The notes below the pieces were generated by a model. That model worked only from the letters and a program-made list of their open reading frames with translations, did no database searches and was not told the origin of the DNA. Made by a program: the position numbers and the translations under genes. From Camelus dromedarius (Eukaryota), in the NCBI RefSeq assembly GCF_036321535.1, contig NC_087437.1:112904001-112968000 (forward strand): a stretch of 64,000 nucleotides of DNA. The letters run 5' to 3'. Below are positions 1 to 13,742 of the stretch, piece by piece. Each line of letters opens with the position of its first letter. The stretch's first letter is position 1.

Positions 1-648
1 ATAAACAAATGGGACTATATTAAATTAAGAAGCTTTTACATGGTGAAGGAAACTATCAATAAAATGAAAGGCTGCCTACTGAATGGGAAAAGGTATTTGC
101 AAATGATGTGTCCAATAGGAGATTAATATCCGAAATACACAAATAACGCATACATAAAAAAAATTCAACATCAAAAAAAACAAATAACCCAACTGAAAAA
201 TGGGCAGAGACTCTGAATAGACAGTTTTCCAAGGAAGACATAAAGGTGAGCAACAGGGACATGAAAAGATGCTTAACATTACTCATCAGCAGGGAAATGT
301 AAATCAAAACCACAATGAGATATTTCCTTACAACTGATGATCAAAAAACAAGAAATAACAAGTGTTGGTGAGCATATGGAGAACAGGGAATCTTCAAGCA
401 CTGTTGGTGGGAATGTAAATTGGTGCAGCCACTATGGAATACCCTATGGAGATCCCTCAAAAAATTAAAAATAGAACTATCATATGATCCAGCAATTCCA
501 CTCTGGGTATTTACCCAAAGAAAACAAAAGCACTAATTTGAAAATATATATGCACCCCTATGTTCACTGCAGCATATTTACAATACCCAAGATATGGAAG
601 CAACCTAAGTGCTCATCAGTAGATGAATGGATAAAGAACATATGGAAA

Positions 649-683
<35 letters not shown>

Positions 684-1290
684 GGAATATTACACGGCTA
701 TGAAAAAGAATGAAATCTTGTCCTTTGTGACAACATAGATGGACCTAGAGCGTATTATGCTAAGTGAAATAAGTTAGACAGAAAAAGGGCAAATACTGCA
801 TGATTTCACTTATATGTGAAACCTAAAAAACAAAGCAAATGAACAGACATAACAAAACAGAGTTATACAGAACAAACAGGTGATTGTCATGGGGTAGGGT
901 AGGGGAGGAAAGAAATAGATGAAGGAGATTAAGAGGCATAAATTTCCAGCTGCAAAATAAATGGGTCATGGTTATAAAATGTACAGTGCAGAGAATATAG
1001 TCAATAATTACACAATATCTTTGTATGGTGACAGATTAGAACTAGACTTATCATGGTGATCATTTTGAAATATATCAAAATATCAAATCACTATGTTGTC
1101 TCATAGGAAATAACATAGTTTTGTAGGTCAATTATACTTCAAAAACAAAGAAACAAGTCAACTCATAGGAAGAAAGATCAGATTTGCAGTTACCAGAGGT
1201 GGATGCTAGGGGGATTTGAGTTGGATGAAGGTAGCCAAAAGATACAAACTTCCAGTTATAAGATAAATAAGTATTAAGGATGTAAAAAAA
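1..1290 (+). mobile_element. LINE-1 3' portion (degenerate ORF2 C-terminus plus 3' UTR), cut by the window start
   Basis: Starts with INKWDYIKLRSF and includes [12 protein letters not shown] and WKQPKCSSVDEWIK-type L1 ORF2 motifs, with frameshifts. Typical L1 3' UTR follows and ends in an A-run at about 1284-1291. Confidence 0.92.
651..680. repeat. (AC)15 microsatellite inside the L1
   Basis: Read directly from the sequence. Confidence 0.97.
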
Positions 1291-1689
1291 ATTACAACTT
1301 TAACAACTTGAATATTATTTACAACAAATAACTATAGGTGACGCTCTGCATGTAATAGTCTTCTTCAGATATTAAAAATCTCAAGTGCTATGTTTAAGAG
1401 CCTTTGTATGGGTTCTGTTACTTATGACCAAGAGTGTCTTGAGGAAGACTCAGTTTCTCCCCCAACTCCATTTCATCATGTTTCTAATCTGTCTCAGTGT
1501 CATAGATCTCACAGCTGTATTTCTAAATTTCATTCTGCTCATGACAATCCTCCACTCACATATGGGTGGAGAAGACACCTGTTGGGATGCCTTTCTAGCC
1601 TCCTCTTTGCTGCATATTATTCCTCCCCAGTCATGAACCCCTAAATCTACCAGGTTCAGAGGTATCTTGGCTATCATAATGATAGGATT

Positions 1690-2090
1690 TGACCTTCTAT
1701 TTAGAGTTGACTGATTGGCCCAAAGTGACCACTAATCCAAGCGAGACTAAGAAGAGTTCCAGTTGAAAGAGAGCCTCAGACTATATCAAGGTGGCTAGAA
1801 GTATCATATGCAGACCAAAGAGCTGGGAATAGCCGTCATCTACTGTTGCAGACTGGAGAGCAGAGAAAAAGGGTCGTTTTAGAGAGGGAAGAATTGAGCT
1901 AATGGCCGAGAAACAGAAACAAAAGATGGAGAGCATCCGGGTTCTAGTCTGTTCCAGAAGCCCAGTCAGCTGCACATTGCCTTGGGTCTTGGGAGACATC
2001 TGGTACACTAATTATAACTCATCTCTCCCTTCAGAACAAAATAGAGTCCGTTTCTATTATTTGTAACCAAAAAAATACAATCTAATATGC
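1690..2090 (+). mobile_element. Old MaLR (MLT1-like) LTR remnant
   Basis: Degenerate MLT1-like motifs (tgattggccc...atccaagc; end tttctattatttgtaaccaaaa...ctaata). Recognised from memory of the consensus. Confidence 0.45.
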
Positions 2091-2436
2091 CTGAAAGTAT
2101 ATTAAACTCTTTATATGGAGCAAACTCATGGTTTTTATTTTAAAAAGAAATAGCTGTTTGGTTGCCTCAGTTAGAAGAACTTTCTGCTGTAGGTCTGACC
2201 TTTGGGTTCTAAGTACAAGACTGGTCCAAAGTATGTCCCCTGGTAAGTCCATGAAATTGAATTTACCTAAAACTCAACTCTTAAAGTAAGTCTGGCCTGA
2301 TAGTCATTTGCAAAATACCAATACCAAACACTGAGTATGAGAAAGTTACAGCCAATTAACCACTTGTGACTTGTGTAACATCTATTATACTTAGAGTAGT
2401 TTACCCAAAGATTCCCAAATTGCATTACATGGTCTG

Positions 2437-2850
2437 TTGTTGAAACCGTTAGTTCATCATTCTCTCCCAGCAAAAGCAATGTTTCCCAGCCCCTCCTGAA
2501 GGCAAGGCAAGGCCATAAGACTAAGTTTTGATCCACAGAAAATGTGTGGATGTGATGGGTGTAACTTCCGGAACATTCCTTAAAAGGAATGCTGCAAGCC
2601 TTTTCTTCTCTTTTTCCTTCCGTCTCCCGGAATGTGTGAACATGGTCCTGGGAGCAGGAAGGGCCATGCTGGACCACAAGATAGAAGTCATGCGTTGTAT
2701 ATGGAGAGCAACAACCTAGAAAGAGCCTGGTTCCCCAGCCCTACTTACATTTAGACCTTTCCATGTAAGAGAAATAAATGGTCTTATTTAAGCCCCTGTT
2801 ATTCTGACCTCTGCTTCAGTAGCTGAGCCAGCACCTTAACTATTACACAG
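2437..2850 (+). mobile_element. ERVL-class solo LTR remnant (LTR16-like)
   Basis: ttcccagcc...ggccataagactaagttttg...gtaacttcc, then aataaa at about 2773 and a ...ctattaca end, the layout of ancient ERVL LTRs. Confidence 0.55.
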
Positions 2851-4504
2851 TCTTTGCATGGAAGAACAGAATTGAATGACTATTTTCTACAAAAAGTATT
2901 GTAACAAAAAGCAAAACTTTAAATTGGTGAAATTCATTCATTCATTCAAAAAATATTTATTGAGTCACAAAGGTCTGAGTGTGAACAACTGAGCACCCTT
3001 GGAAAAAGTGTCCAGGCTTGTGAAGCAATCCAGGTCATGTGAGTTGAGGAGTGCCCAAAGGAACACAGGGTATTTAGCCCAGGGAAGGAAAAGGTTAGGA
3101 TAGGCTGGAGAGCTGTCTTCAGACATAGGAAGAGCTCATGTGGAAGAGAGGATAGACTTGCTTCATAAGGTCCCAGGGGGCTGAATTAAGGCCAATAGAT
3201 TATGAAGGGAATTGAAGGACTAAGATCCAAAGAGCTCTATGTCAGTCATGGTTCTTGGCTTTATGCCACAAAAACAGACTCTAATGTCTTAGGCAAAAAT
3301 GAAACTTATTGGAATGATATCTGGGGAAATCACAGAATTCACCAGAGGCCAGAGTGGTCACCAAGAACGAAGAGTACTTTACAGGGCTGGTTAGCAGGAG
3401 GAACAGCCACAGCCATGGAGCAGAGTCTGGTCAGCATGGTGAATGACTTCTCACTGGTCCTCCTGTCACTGAGTCATCCACTCAGGGTACAAAAATCACA
3501 GAAGAGGGTCTGATGGTTGCACCTAGATCATCTTCCATTCTCTGGCTGAACGTGGCGTGGAGTCGGGGAAAATGTGACCCTGTTGACTCTGGCTTGGGAG
3601 ACAGGCGTCAACTCCAAGAGGAACCAAGATACTATCAGAAAAATATCCAGTGTAGTCTTTAATGATTCTTTTAGATCCCATGAGTCTGTGACCAGAGTCT
3701 CAGGACTGGGAGGGACTCGTCCATCCAAGGAAGTTATCTCCTTTCTATATATATGCTCATACACACTCTGCTGAATGATTCCAACAATGAAAGGTTCACT
3801 ACCTCACAAATTCTTCATGTTAAGATGAAATAAAGGCTGGGAGTTTAGACACTCTGCCTGTCACTCAACACCTTCCAACTCTGGTCCCACTTTTGTAGAG
3901 TTAAGTCTTATGATTCTTCTGCAGAAACCTTTCTTCCTATCCAACTTTTTCACTCAATGTCACCATCCTCTGACCCTATCCAAACATCTTGTGTTTATTC
4001 TCTTTACTCTTCTATCTATCTAAATGTTATCCATTCTTCACATTCCAGCTCAAATCCCACATCCTACATGAAACATTCCTGAACCATCCCAGCCCAAAGT
4101 AACTCTCTTTGGAAATGTTTGTCTGTACTCTTCTTTAAGCAGTTAATCACCCTCTTTTCATATATTTTCCATTTTTTTTTTTTTTTTTTTTAGAATTAGT
4201 AGTCTTACCTTCTTAGGCAATTTAAACTTACTTATATCTTCTATCTCTATCTGGATTATAACATCTTGAAAATATGAACTATTTCTTATCCAACTTTGCA
4301 TCTCCTGTAGAACTTAACAAAATTCTTTCCACGTGAACTTTTTTTTAAAATTGATACAAATACCAGAGGTGGGTGTGGTTTTGAGACCTCATCCAGGAAT
4401 GAGGGGAAGGGGAAACAGGGGAAGAGGAGGGTTAGAGATATATTGGACAGTGATTTAAAATAACTTCCCTCAGAGCATAATAAAGTGAATGATTTATATT
4501 TTTA

Positions 4505-6185
4505 TAGTTTTCTGAGTCATAATTGATACAAAATAATGGCACATATTTGATAAACATTGACATATATATATATAGAGATCTGTGAATCATTACTCTAAGA
4601 AAATAAATGTATGTATCACACCTCCCAAAGTTTCTTCACCCCCACATTTTTTAGGTTGTAAGATCTGAAAGTAACTTTATTGGCCAGTTCTTCTAAGGCA
4701 AGAAAGCTATGTCACTTTATTACTCAGTAAAAATTTCATAATTTGGCGCCAACATCTTAGTAGTGTCTTTCATACCTTTGCCACACCTAATATGTTTTAT
4801 AGGTCAAAAATAACCATGTGGAGTAGGTTTGAGTATTTATTCTACCTATAGATTTTTGTAAATACTCACATCAATACTGCCTGGATGGAGTCCACACATA
4901 CTCTATAGGATTCACCATCTATTTTTATCAAGAGTATTTTTTAAAAATTATCTCCTCACACCCTTTTGTAACCTCTCTCATCACTTCCACCCCAAGCAAT
5001 CACTGATTCTTTTTCTGTCACTAGAGTTTGAATTTTCTAGAATTTTGTGTGAGTGGAATCATTCAGTGTATATTTTTTCTTTTTTCTTTCTTTCTTTTTT
5101 TGTTTTGCTTCTGGCTTCTTTCACTCAGCATAATTTTTTTTGAGATTCACCCACATTGTTGAATATGCCAATCATTTACTCCTTTTTATTGCTGAGTAGT
5201 ATTCCTCTGCATGGACTTATCACATTTCGTTTATCTGTTGATGCTCACTTGAGTCATTTCCAGTTTTTGACTATTACAAATTAAGCTGTTATGAACATCT
5301 GTGTACAAGACTTTGTATGGACATGTGCTTTAATTTATCTTAGGTAATTACCTAGCAGTGGAATGACTGGGTCATATGGTAGGCTATGTATATCATTTTG
5401 AGGAATTACCAAATGATTGTACCATTTTACATTCCCACCAGAAGTGTATAAGAGTTGCAGTTGCTCCATCTCCTCACCAATATTTGCTCTCGTCTTTTTC
5501 ATTTTAACCATTCTAATCTAGTGGTATCTCACTGTGGTTTTAAGCTGAATTTTCCTAATGACTAATGATGTTGAGCATCTTTTCATGTGCTTATTTGTCA
5601 TTTTCTTTGATGAAGTGTCTGTTTATATCCTTTCCCCCTTCTTAAAATTGAGTTGTCTTCTTAGTGTCAAGTTTTGAATTTCAAATTTTCTCTGTATATT
5701 CTGGACACAAATTATTCATCAGATACATGATTTATAAATATTTTCTCACAGTCTCTGACTTGTTTCTTAACTGTGTCTTTTCAAGAGTACAAGTTTTAAT
5801 TTTGATGAGGTCCAATTTATCCACATTTTCTTCTATGAATTGTGCTTTTGGTATTGCGACTAAGCAATCTTTAACTACAGGTAGCAGAGATTCTCTTCTT
5901 CTAAAAGTTTTATAGCTTTATGTCTTACCTAAATAGGTTTATGGTAGATTTTGAGTTAATTTTTGCGCATGATGTGAGATATTGGTCAAGGTTCATTTTT
6001 TCTCATAGAGACATTAAGTTGTTCCAGATTCATTTGTTGAAAAGACTATCCTTTCTCCACTGGATTGCTTTTGCAACTTTTTTGCAAATCAGTTGACCAC
6101 ATGTGTGTCAGTCTATTTATAGACTGTCTATTCTGCTCTAATGATTGTTGTGTCTGTCTTTACACCAATATATCACTGCATGATT
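4505..6185 (-). mobile_element. Old LINE-1 (L1MB/MC-like) fragment interrupted by a ~300-bp insert at about 4645-4950
   Basis: Antisense L1 motifs: gcaatcactgattct...tgtcactaga, ttacattcccaccag, atgactaatgatgttgagcatcttttcatgtgcttatt, catttgttgaaaagactatcctttctcc. Confidence 0.88.
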
Positions 6186-6239
6186 TATAGTCCTATAATA
6201 TTTTGGAGAAAGTGCTTTTACCCATAGAAACAGAATTGT

Positions 6240-6400
6240 GTTCATGATGTAGGCTCTGGAGCCAGATTGCTTGTGTGCAAATCCTGGCTCTATCACTTGT
6301 TAGATGTATTACTTTGGACAAGTTTTTTGATATTTATGTGCCTCAGTTTACTCATCTATAAAATGGGGATGATGACTCATTGGATTGCTGCCAGCATCGT
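6240..6400 (+). mobile_element. MIR SINE
   Basis: ggctctggagccagattgc...aaatcctggctc...gtgcctcagtttactcatctataaaatgggga, the MIR core. Confidence 0.8.
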
Positions 6401-7279
6401 GTTGATACAAAAAAAAAAAGTATGTAGAGCAACACTCAGTAAAAGTTGTCTCATATAATTTCCTGTATATAACAATCATAGGTGTTAGTTAGATATTACC
6501 ATTCCCTTTTAACAGATAGAGAACTTAAGATGAAAAGAGATTCAATGACTTGGCCAACATCACACAGATAAAGACTATACAAGGTCTTCTGACTTTAAAC
6601 CCTGTGTCTTCTCCACTCCAACTCTGAGACTATCATGGAAGCCCAAGTCTTTTTTAACCTAATCTCTGAAGTTATCATCTATCATTTCTGCTATTTCTGC
6701 TGTATTCAATACCTTAGAAGCTGGTCTTTAAATCCAGTTCACACTCGAGAACAAGGAATCGTATAAAGTATAATACCAGTAGGTGGGGATCATAAGAGAC
6801 CATCTGAGAAGCTACTTATGACAAACCCTTCCCTTTTCTAGGACTCTCACAAGAGGAGTCATGATCAGAGGCTTCTGAAGTATGGGATGTGAAGCCAGGG
6901 AGAGTATTCCTGAGCCAATGACCTAACAGGAGACTTTGCCTTTCCCTCATGGAAAGAAAGTGAATCTTAGCTCCTTTGTTCACCATTGCACACTGGCCAC
7001 ACCTTTTAAGCAGGAAGTATACTCTGAGGCCAGGCCCATGGAAATCAAGGAGATTTCAAGGTTGGGCTAAGCAGTTTTCTTCTGCCTTTGAGATGACACT
7101 AGGAACATGTTCATATGAAGCACAGAAGTGGGCATCTCCTAAGTAAATGTTCATTCACCTGTATTTACTCAGCATCTACCATGTGCCAGTTTCTCTGTCA
7201 GGCAATGGGGGCAAAAGAGTTATTTTCTCATAATTTATGTATTAATTGCTAAGGTCACAAAACAAAGAGGAAATTACGT

Positions 7280-7700
7280 TGTGTTAATTCATGTTCTCGA
7301 AGAAGCAGTTACCAAGATAGGATTAGATATGCAAGAGATTTCTTGGAAGAAATGCCTATGAAGGACAAAGGGAGGGAACCAGAGAAGATGGGGAGAGATT
7401 TCAGACTGTATTACGGATCTGACATTTGTGCAGGAGGGGTGGGTAGGGAGAGTTTTACATTGCAGTGCAATTCCAAGAAATAATTTTCTAGGTCACTGGG
7501 AAGTCCTTGAGCCCAAGTCTCCCATCAGAGGAGTCCTGTGTGTCATAGAAGTGAGCCTGGATTTGTACCTCCACTGTGCTCAGTCCTTGACTAGGAGCAG
7601 CCTGAGGGACATGTGGCCACAGCACTAATGGAGCAGTGGATCCAGAGGGATAGCAGCTGTGGATCTGAGCAGTGTCATTTCACATCTGTCATGTGCCTGC
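7280..7700. mobile_element. ERVL-class LTR remnant (LTR40/41-like)
   Basis: agaagcagttaccaagataggattagatatgcaagagattt...gagcccaagtctcccatcagaggagtcc resembles ancient ERVL LTR consensus from memory; orientation not certain. Confidence 0.5.
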
Positions 7701-7829
7701 TACAAGGTATGATTAGTGTGATGCTAAAGGAATACAAATGAGATGCACCTAATCCAGACTTTCAGGGTTCCGGCAGGCATTCTGCAGCGCAGTGGTCAAG
7801 ACTGAGAGCTGAGCAGAGAAGGGGAATTA

Positions 7830-8400
7830 GCAAATTTACACATGCTGCTGATGGAGGCGCAAACTGGTACTACCACTGTGGAAAACCATTTGGCATTATG
7901 TAGAAAAGCTGAAGTTTTGCATTCCACTCATAGGGACAGCTCTTAGAGGGACTCTTTGCACACGTACATATATGTACTGATATGCACATGTTCCCAGCAG
8001 TATTACTTGTAATAGCCACCCACAGAGGCAATAACCCATGTCCATCCACAGAATAGATGAATTGTGGTACAGTGGGATAGTATCAATGACAAAAATAAAT
8101 ACATTTACAGCTACACTCAATGACTTGGCTGAATCTCATAAACACAATGTTGAGGGGGAAAATCAAGACACTCATACAATTCAAAAACAGGCAGAAATAA
8201 GCTACAGCTTAGGGAATGCGTATGTAGATGCTAAGGCCATAATGAAAAGCAAGGAAAGTAGGGGAGCAGTGGGGTTGTGTTTCTGGAGAGGCATAGAAGA
8301 GGATTCTAGGATCTGGGATGCTGGGATGCTTGTTAAATAATTTTTCTTTAAATTCTCCTTATGTGTTTCATGCAATCTCTGTATATCTCATAACTTTTAA
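7830..8400 (+). mobile_element. Ancient LINE-1 (L1ME-like) 3' fragment
   Basis: aaactggtactaccactgtggaaaacc, cattccactc, aacccatgtccatc, gaatctcataaacacaatgttga: L1 3'-region motifs. Confidence 0.7.
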
Positions 8401-9407
8401 AAAGGCGGTGGGGATAGGAGTGGGAGTGGATGGAGTGGAGTGTGTTCCAGGCAGAGGGCAAAGGACAGGAGGGGAAGTGCATGAAGAGCTCAGGGACTTG
8501 CAAACGCAATGGAGTGACGTGGTGAGGAGTGGCGAGGGTGATGGAGGCATACAGGAGGCCCCTACAGAAGGAAGAGCCTCATAAACCCCCGTTGAGGAGT
8601 TTGGACTTTATCCTGAGGGCAATAAGGAGGCACTGAAATATTTAAGCTGTGAAGAGGCTGAATCAGATTTGCATTTTCAGAAAGAGCCTTCCACCAGCCC
8701 CAGTGTGAGCATCTGCCTTTCAGTACCCAGGTGAGTGGCAGTGAGGTAGGGGGAGGAAGGGTTCCTGGTCCTAGGTGTTGCCCGTGGCTGGTCTTCCTCA
8801 CCATCAGACTAACTGCCCTGCTATGCTGCATCTGGGAACTTGTCATTTCTTAATCACTGAAGCATTCATTAGTAACCAGAAGAGATTCTGCTATCTGGTT
8901 GCCCTCTAATGTCAACCAGGCATATTACTGATCGAGGTGAAAGTGTCATTTTTGTTCCCAAAGGCCATCTCATTTAGGTAATTATGAACTTTTAGATCCT
9001 AAACTTTTTGGTGCAGAAGGGAAAAGAAAAAAACAAAAGGATTTGTAAATAACTGATCATTGCAAAAGTTAACCCTTTGTAGAAGTCACTTAATTATAGC
9101 ACTATACGTAGTGATTCTATATCACTAAAATGACCTGTTCCCTTTGCAATAATACTATAGATGAACATTTGGTTAACATGGTTATTTAAAGTGTTCTTAG
9201 TGATTATGTATTTAATATTAAGGTCAGTTGTGGACTTCTTTATTCAGTTCAGGAACCAATTTCCCAAGATACTTCCTGCAAGTTCTCCTAAGGTCTCAGA
9301 AAACGTAGGTTGAAAGTTCAAGATGATTTATTGTGGGAGGAACCACTTGAGGGCTCCCAATTATCTTGTAATTTTAATTGCATGTAAGGACAATTTTTTC
9401 CTTCTTT

Positions 9408-9703
9408 CTAGATAGCTGCTATTGTTGCCACTATGTTTTTTAAAATATGGGCAATTTGAAAAAATGGATACTGATACTAAAATATTATACCTAAATTTGA
9501 TGTATTTAAGTATAAAATCTTATAGCTGCTTTGAGGAATTTGGTTACCTACTAGATAGCTGCTATTGTTGCCACTATGTTTTTTAAAATATGGGCAATTT
9601 GAAAAAATGGATACTGATACTAAAATATTATACCTAAATTTGATGTATTTAAGTATAAAATCTTATAGCTGCTTTGAGGAATTTGGTTACCTACTAGATA
9701 GCT
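9408..9703. repeat. Exact head-to-tail 143-bp tandem duplication with 10-bp junction homology CTAGATAGCT
   Basis: 9408-9550 matches 9551-9693 base for base by eye; CTAGATAGCT occurs at 9408, 9551 and 9694. Confidence 0.95.
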
Positions 9704-12162
9704 TCTCCAGTGAAAATATTTACCTCCTGAATATATTCTCTGTCGGAATCCCCTCTGCCTCTGAAACTCTTTTACCTACCTGTCATCTTTTTTCTTCATA
9801 AAAGGAAAGTCAATGGAATTCTGATCAAGGGCACAACACTGTTTTGCCAAGGCAAACTTGACCCTGAGTCAAGGTGGGGCTGCAAAGGTATTGGGCGTAA
9901 TCTCGTGCCTATGGGATTTGCTCCTATTACTAAATCTCTATTCGACTCTGTCTGATGATAATGTGGACATTCTCCCCCATGTGCATCAGCAGAGCGCCAG
10001 CAACACATGGGATGGTCCTCATAGACGCCTGGACTTTGAGATGATACTTGTATGTTGACCTTCTTACTAGGAAGTGTTGACTGGTGGTGTCATTACACCC
10101 ACCTTTCAGCATCCCTTGGGTGGCCAGATCATTTCAGTGGTGCATCTTATGCAGGCTTCAGGACTGTCACCTTCCTTCTTTTGGTTAAAGTCCAGAATAG
10201 GGAGACTATTTAGAGCAATAAAAGATATCACCTAGGTTCTTCAGAAGATTACAATCTTGCTATGAAAACTTATGAAGATAAGACATCGTTAAAAAAAAGT
10301 ACCAATACATTGAATTGTAATACAAGCTTTATGAGTTAGGAGCTGAGGAAATACCACACATGGGTGTGACCAGAACAAAGGACAGTCAGTCCAGAATGTT
10401 TGTTGCACTGTTGACACTTGACTCTCTAGCTGCCCTTCAAATATCCAGTCTCCAGATCCTACAGATTCTATCCCTAACACTCCTTCCTACGACCTCCACC
10501 AGCCCCCCGCCCCCTTTTTGCCCTGCACCATGCCCTCTGAGCTTGTCCCCGCTTGCCATGGGCACACTTGCCCCCTTTGAATCCTTTCGGCTCTGATGAC
10601 ATTGTGCCCTTTCACCTCCAGCCTTAAAACTCCTAAGCCTCACCCTGAGTGACTGCCCTCTGGTTTACCTGTCAGGTGCTCCAGCCGGCCTTTGCTTAGC
10701 GCTACGCCCAGGGAGCTTCGTCCCTCCAAGACCCCTGTAGATGGGGACCTTCTCCAGCTCATGGCCTTTGTTCGTTTTTCTAAATCTAAGATCCTTCCAA
10801 GTGTGTTCTTCTGGACTTTGCACTTGTGCAGAAAGAACACAAAGCTATTTAATACCACCAACATTATAGACATTGAACAGTTAAGAACTGTTGTGGGCCC
10901 GCAATAGGCAGACGGGGACACTTTATAATAATGCTAGAAGAAAACCTAACTGCTTCAATAAGTGGAGATGCAGGAAATATTTTGTCTTTTTAAAGTCATA
11001 ACATTAAAAAATACATTAAGCATTTCTTTCCTGAAAAAAGATACTATAGTCAGGAGAACATCTCCCACAAACATCCCGTAATTTATTTGCGGGGGAGTCA
11101 GGGGTGAAAGGAAGGGAACATCTCATTTAAGCAAACTTTGCTTTATCTTCTTTTTTCCCTATAAGTGGAGCCCAAATTTGAACCCCACTCACCGAAAAAC
11201 AAACAAAAAACCCCCCAAAAACTTACTTATTCAAAATTAAAAAAAATAATTTGAAATTGGTAGATTAAAAGAAAAGAAAATGTTTAAGGAGCTCCCCAAA
11301 TCCTGAATTAATAATATATACTGCGTCTAGTATATCCTTCTGCAAGACGCACAACCAACGGCACCCACAGACTGACAGAGTGAGGGGGTAATGCTTAGGC
11401 TAGATATTTCCTGGAGACTTGCTGAGAAGACAGAAAGAATCACAGGCAAATCAACATGGTCAAAAGGATCTAAGATGGGGGCAAGGGTGTGTGGAGGGGT
11501 ATTAAGAAATACCACTGGTTCACTGGTAAAACATTGAAAAACAAAAGAAGTTTGAAATGTGACTTAGATGTGCGCCACCAGCTGAGGAACAAAGGCACAT
11601 ACTGAGCAGCCAGGCAGAGACACAGGATTTCACAGGTCCAAGTTCTGGGAGCAATTAGCTGTGGCACAATCCCAGGTCTTTGTGAGGTGGGATTTAGGAC
11701 CAGGAGCTCACATTTGCCAGAAATGGTAGCTCATTTCATCAGGGAGAAGATGATAGGCTGGTGAGAGTGATGATTGACAGCTCTAAATACTACTTCTTTC
11801 AACCCTAAGATTATTTTCTCTGTTCATTGAAAACATTCATGCTTATTCACTTTCTGAGGGCTGTAATTAGAGACACAGGTCTATCTTTGAGATATCTTTG
11901 AGAATTGATGATCTTGTGTGAGCTCAAGGTCAAGTCACATTTACAGTAATATAAAATAAGAAGGTAATTGTGATCAAACTGACCCAGGGCATACACTGAC
12001 GTTACTTGAAATAGGATTATATTTCGACTTCTGTTCTTATTTTTACTTTTCTATTCTCTCTCATAAACACTTACTTAAAAATGAATTACAATTTCAGGTT
12101 AATCAAATCTTACACGTACCATATTGTATGTTTTAAAAACCCAAAGTTCCAGAGTAATTTTT

Positions 12163-13742
12163 TTTCTTGTAGAACTGAGACTTTGTGCTCTTTGACTGTT
12201 TCCCCCTCCTCCCAGCTCCTCGCAACCACCATTCGACTCTCTGCTTCTATGAGTTTGACTATTTTTTGATGCCTCATATAAGTGGTATCATATAGTATTT
12301 GTCTTTCTGTGTTTGGTTTATTTCACTAACAGAATGCCCTTTACGTTTATCCATGTTGTCATAAATGGCAAAATTTCCTTTTTGAAAGGCTAAATAATGT
12401 TCCATTTACCACATTTTCTTTATCCAGTCATGGACATTCAGATTGCTTTCATGTCTTGGCTAATCTCTTCAAGATTTTGATTCTAATTCCTTTAGATATA
12501 TAACCAGAAGAAGAATTACTGGATCATATGGTAGTTCTATTTTTAATTTTTTGAGGAGCCTTCATCCTGTTTTCCATAGTGGCTGCACCAATTTACATTC
12601 TCATCCATATCGTACAGGGTTGCCTTTTCTCCACATCTTTGCCAACACTCATTATCCCTTGACTTTTTGGTAATAGTCATTCTAACAGGTGTGAGAGGTG
12701 ATAGCTCATTGTGCCTTTGATTTGAATTTCCCAGAAAATTAGTGATGCTGAGCACCTTTTCATGCATCTGTTGGTTATTTGTACGTCTTCTTTGGAGAAA
12801 TGTCTGTTTAGGTCCTTTGCCCGTGGGTAAATCTGTTTGTTTGTTTGTTTATTGTTATTGAGTTGTATGAATTCCTTATATATTTTGCATACTAACCCCT
12901 TATCAGATATATAGTTTGCAAATATTTGCTCCCATCCCATAGGTTGTCTTTTCATTTTGTTCATTATTTCCTTTGCTTTGGATTTTAGTTTGATGCAATC
13001 CCCTTTGTCTATTTTTGCTTTTGTTGCCTGTGCTTTTGGTGTCATATCAGAAATTATTACCAAGGCCAATGTTAAGCTTCTTCCCTTCTTCCCCCAGTGG
13101 TTTTCTTCTAGGAGTTTTATGGTTTCAAGTCTTATAAGTCTTTAATCCATTTTAAGTTGATTTGTGTATGTGTTGTAAGAGTCCAGTTTCATTCATTTGT
13201 AAGTAAATATCCAATTTCCCTCACATCATATATTAAAGAGACTATCCTTTCTCCATTCTGTATTCTCGGACATTTGTCAAAGATCAGCTGATCATCTGTT
13301 GCCCTTATATGTGTGGGTTTGTTTCTGGGTTTTCTGTTCTGTTCCTGTGGTCTATATGTCAGTTTTTATGCCAGTACCATACTGTTTTGATTATTATAAC
13401 TTTGTAATATAGTTTGAAATCGCAACGTATGATGCCTTCAGCTTTGTTTTCTTGCTTAAAATTCCTTTGGCTATTTAGGTTTTTTGTAATTCCATATGAA
13501 TCTTAGGATTTTTTTTCTGTTTCTCTAAAAAATGTCATTGGGATTTTGATAGGGGTTAGCAATGAATCTGTAGATTACTTTGGGTAATACTGGCATTTAA
13601 ACAATATTAATTCTTCCAATTTGTGAACATGGATATCCATCCATTAATTTGTCTCTGCTTTAATTTTTATTTATTTATTTATTTATTTTTGTAGTTTTCA
13701 GTATACAGATATTTCACTCCTTGGTTAAACATTCCTAAGTAT
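12163..13742 (-). mobile_element. LINE-1 fragment (~1.6 kb) flanked by a 13-bp direct repeat
   Basis: Minus ORF 12677-13069 (DMTPKAQATKAKIDK.D.IKLKS...IFANYISDKGL...KDLNRHFSKED) is L1 ORF2. CAGAGTAATTTTT occurs at 12150-12162 and 13743-13755. Confidence 0.93.

Noticed and set aside
9796..11667. Cluster of short ORFs in unique-looking, moderately GC-rich sequence as a pseudogene
   Set aside because: I recognised no protein similarity, poly(A) tail or target duplication in the frames I read. It may be regulatory or lncRNA sequence; BLASTX would settle it.
12543..13145. ORFs of 62-130 aa as host genes
   Set aside because: Fragments of decayed L1 ORF2 or its antisense strand; the same applies to ORFs at 56-738 and 5664-5915.
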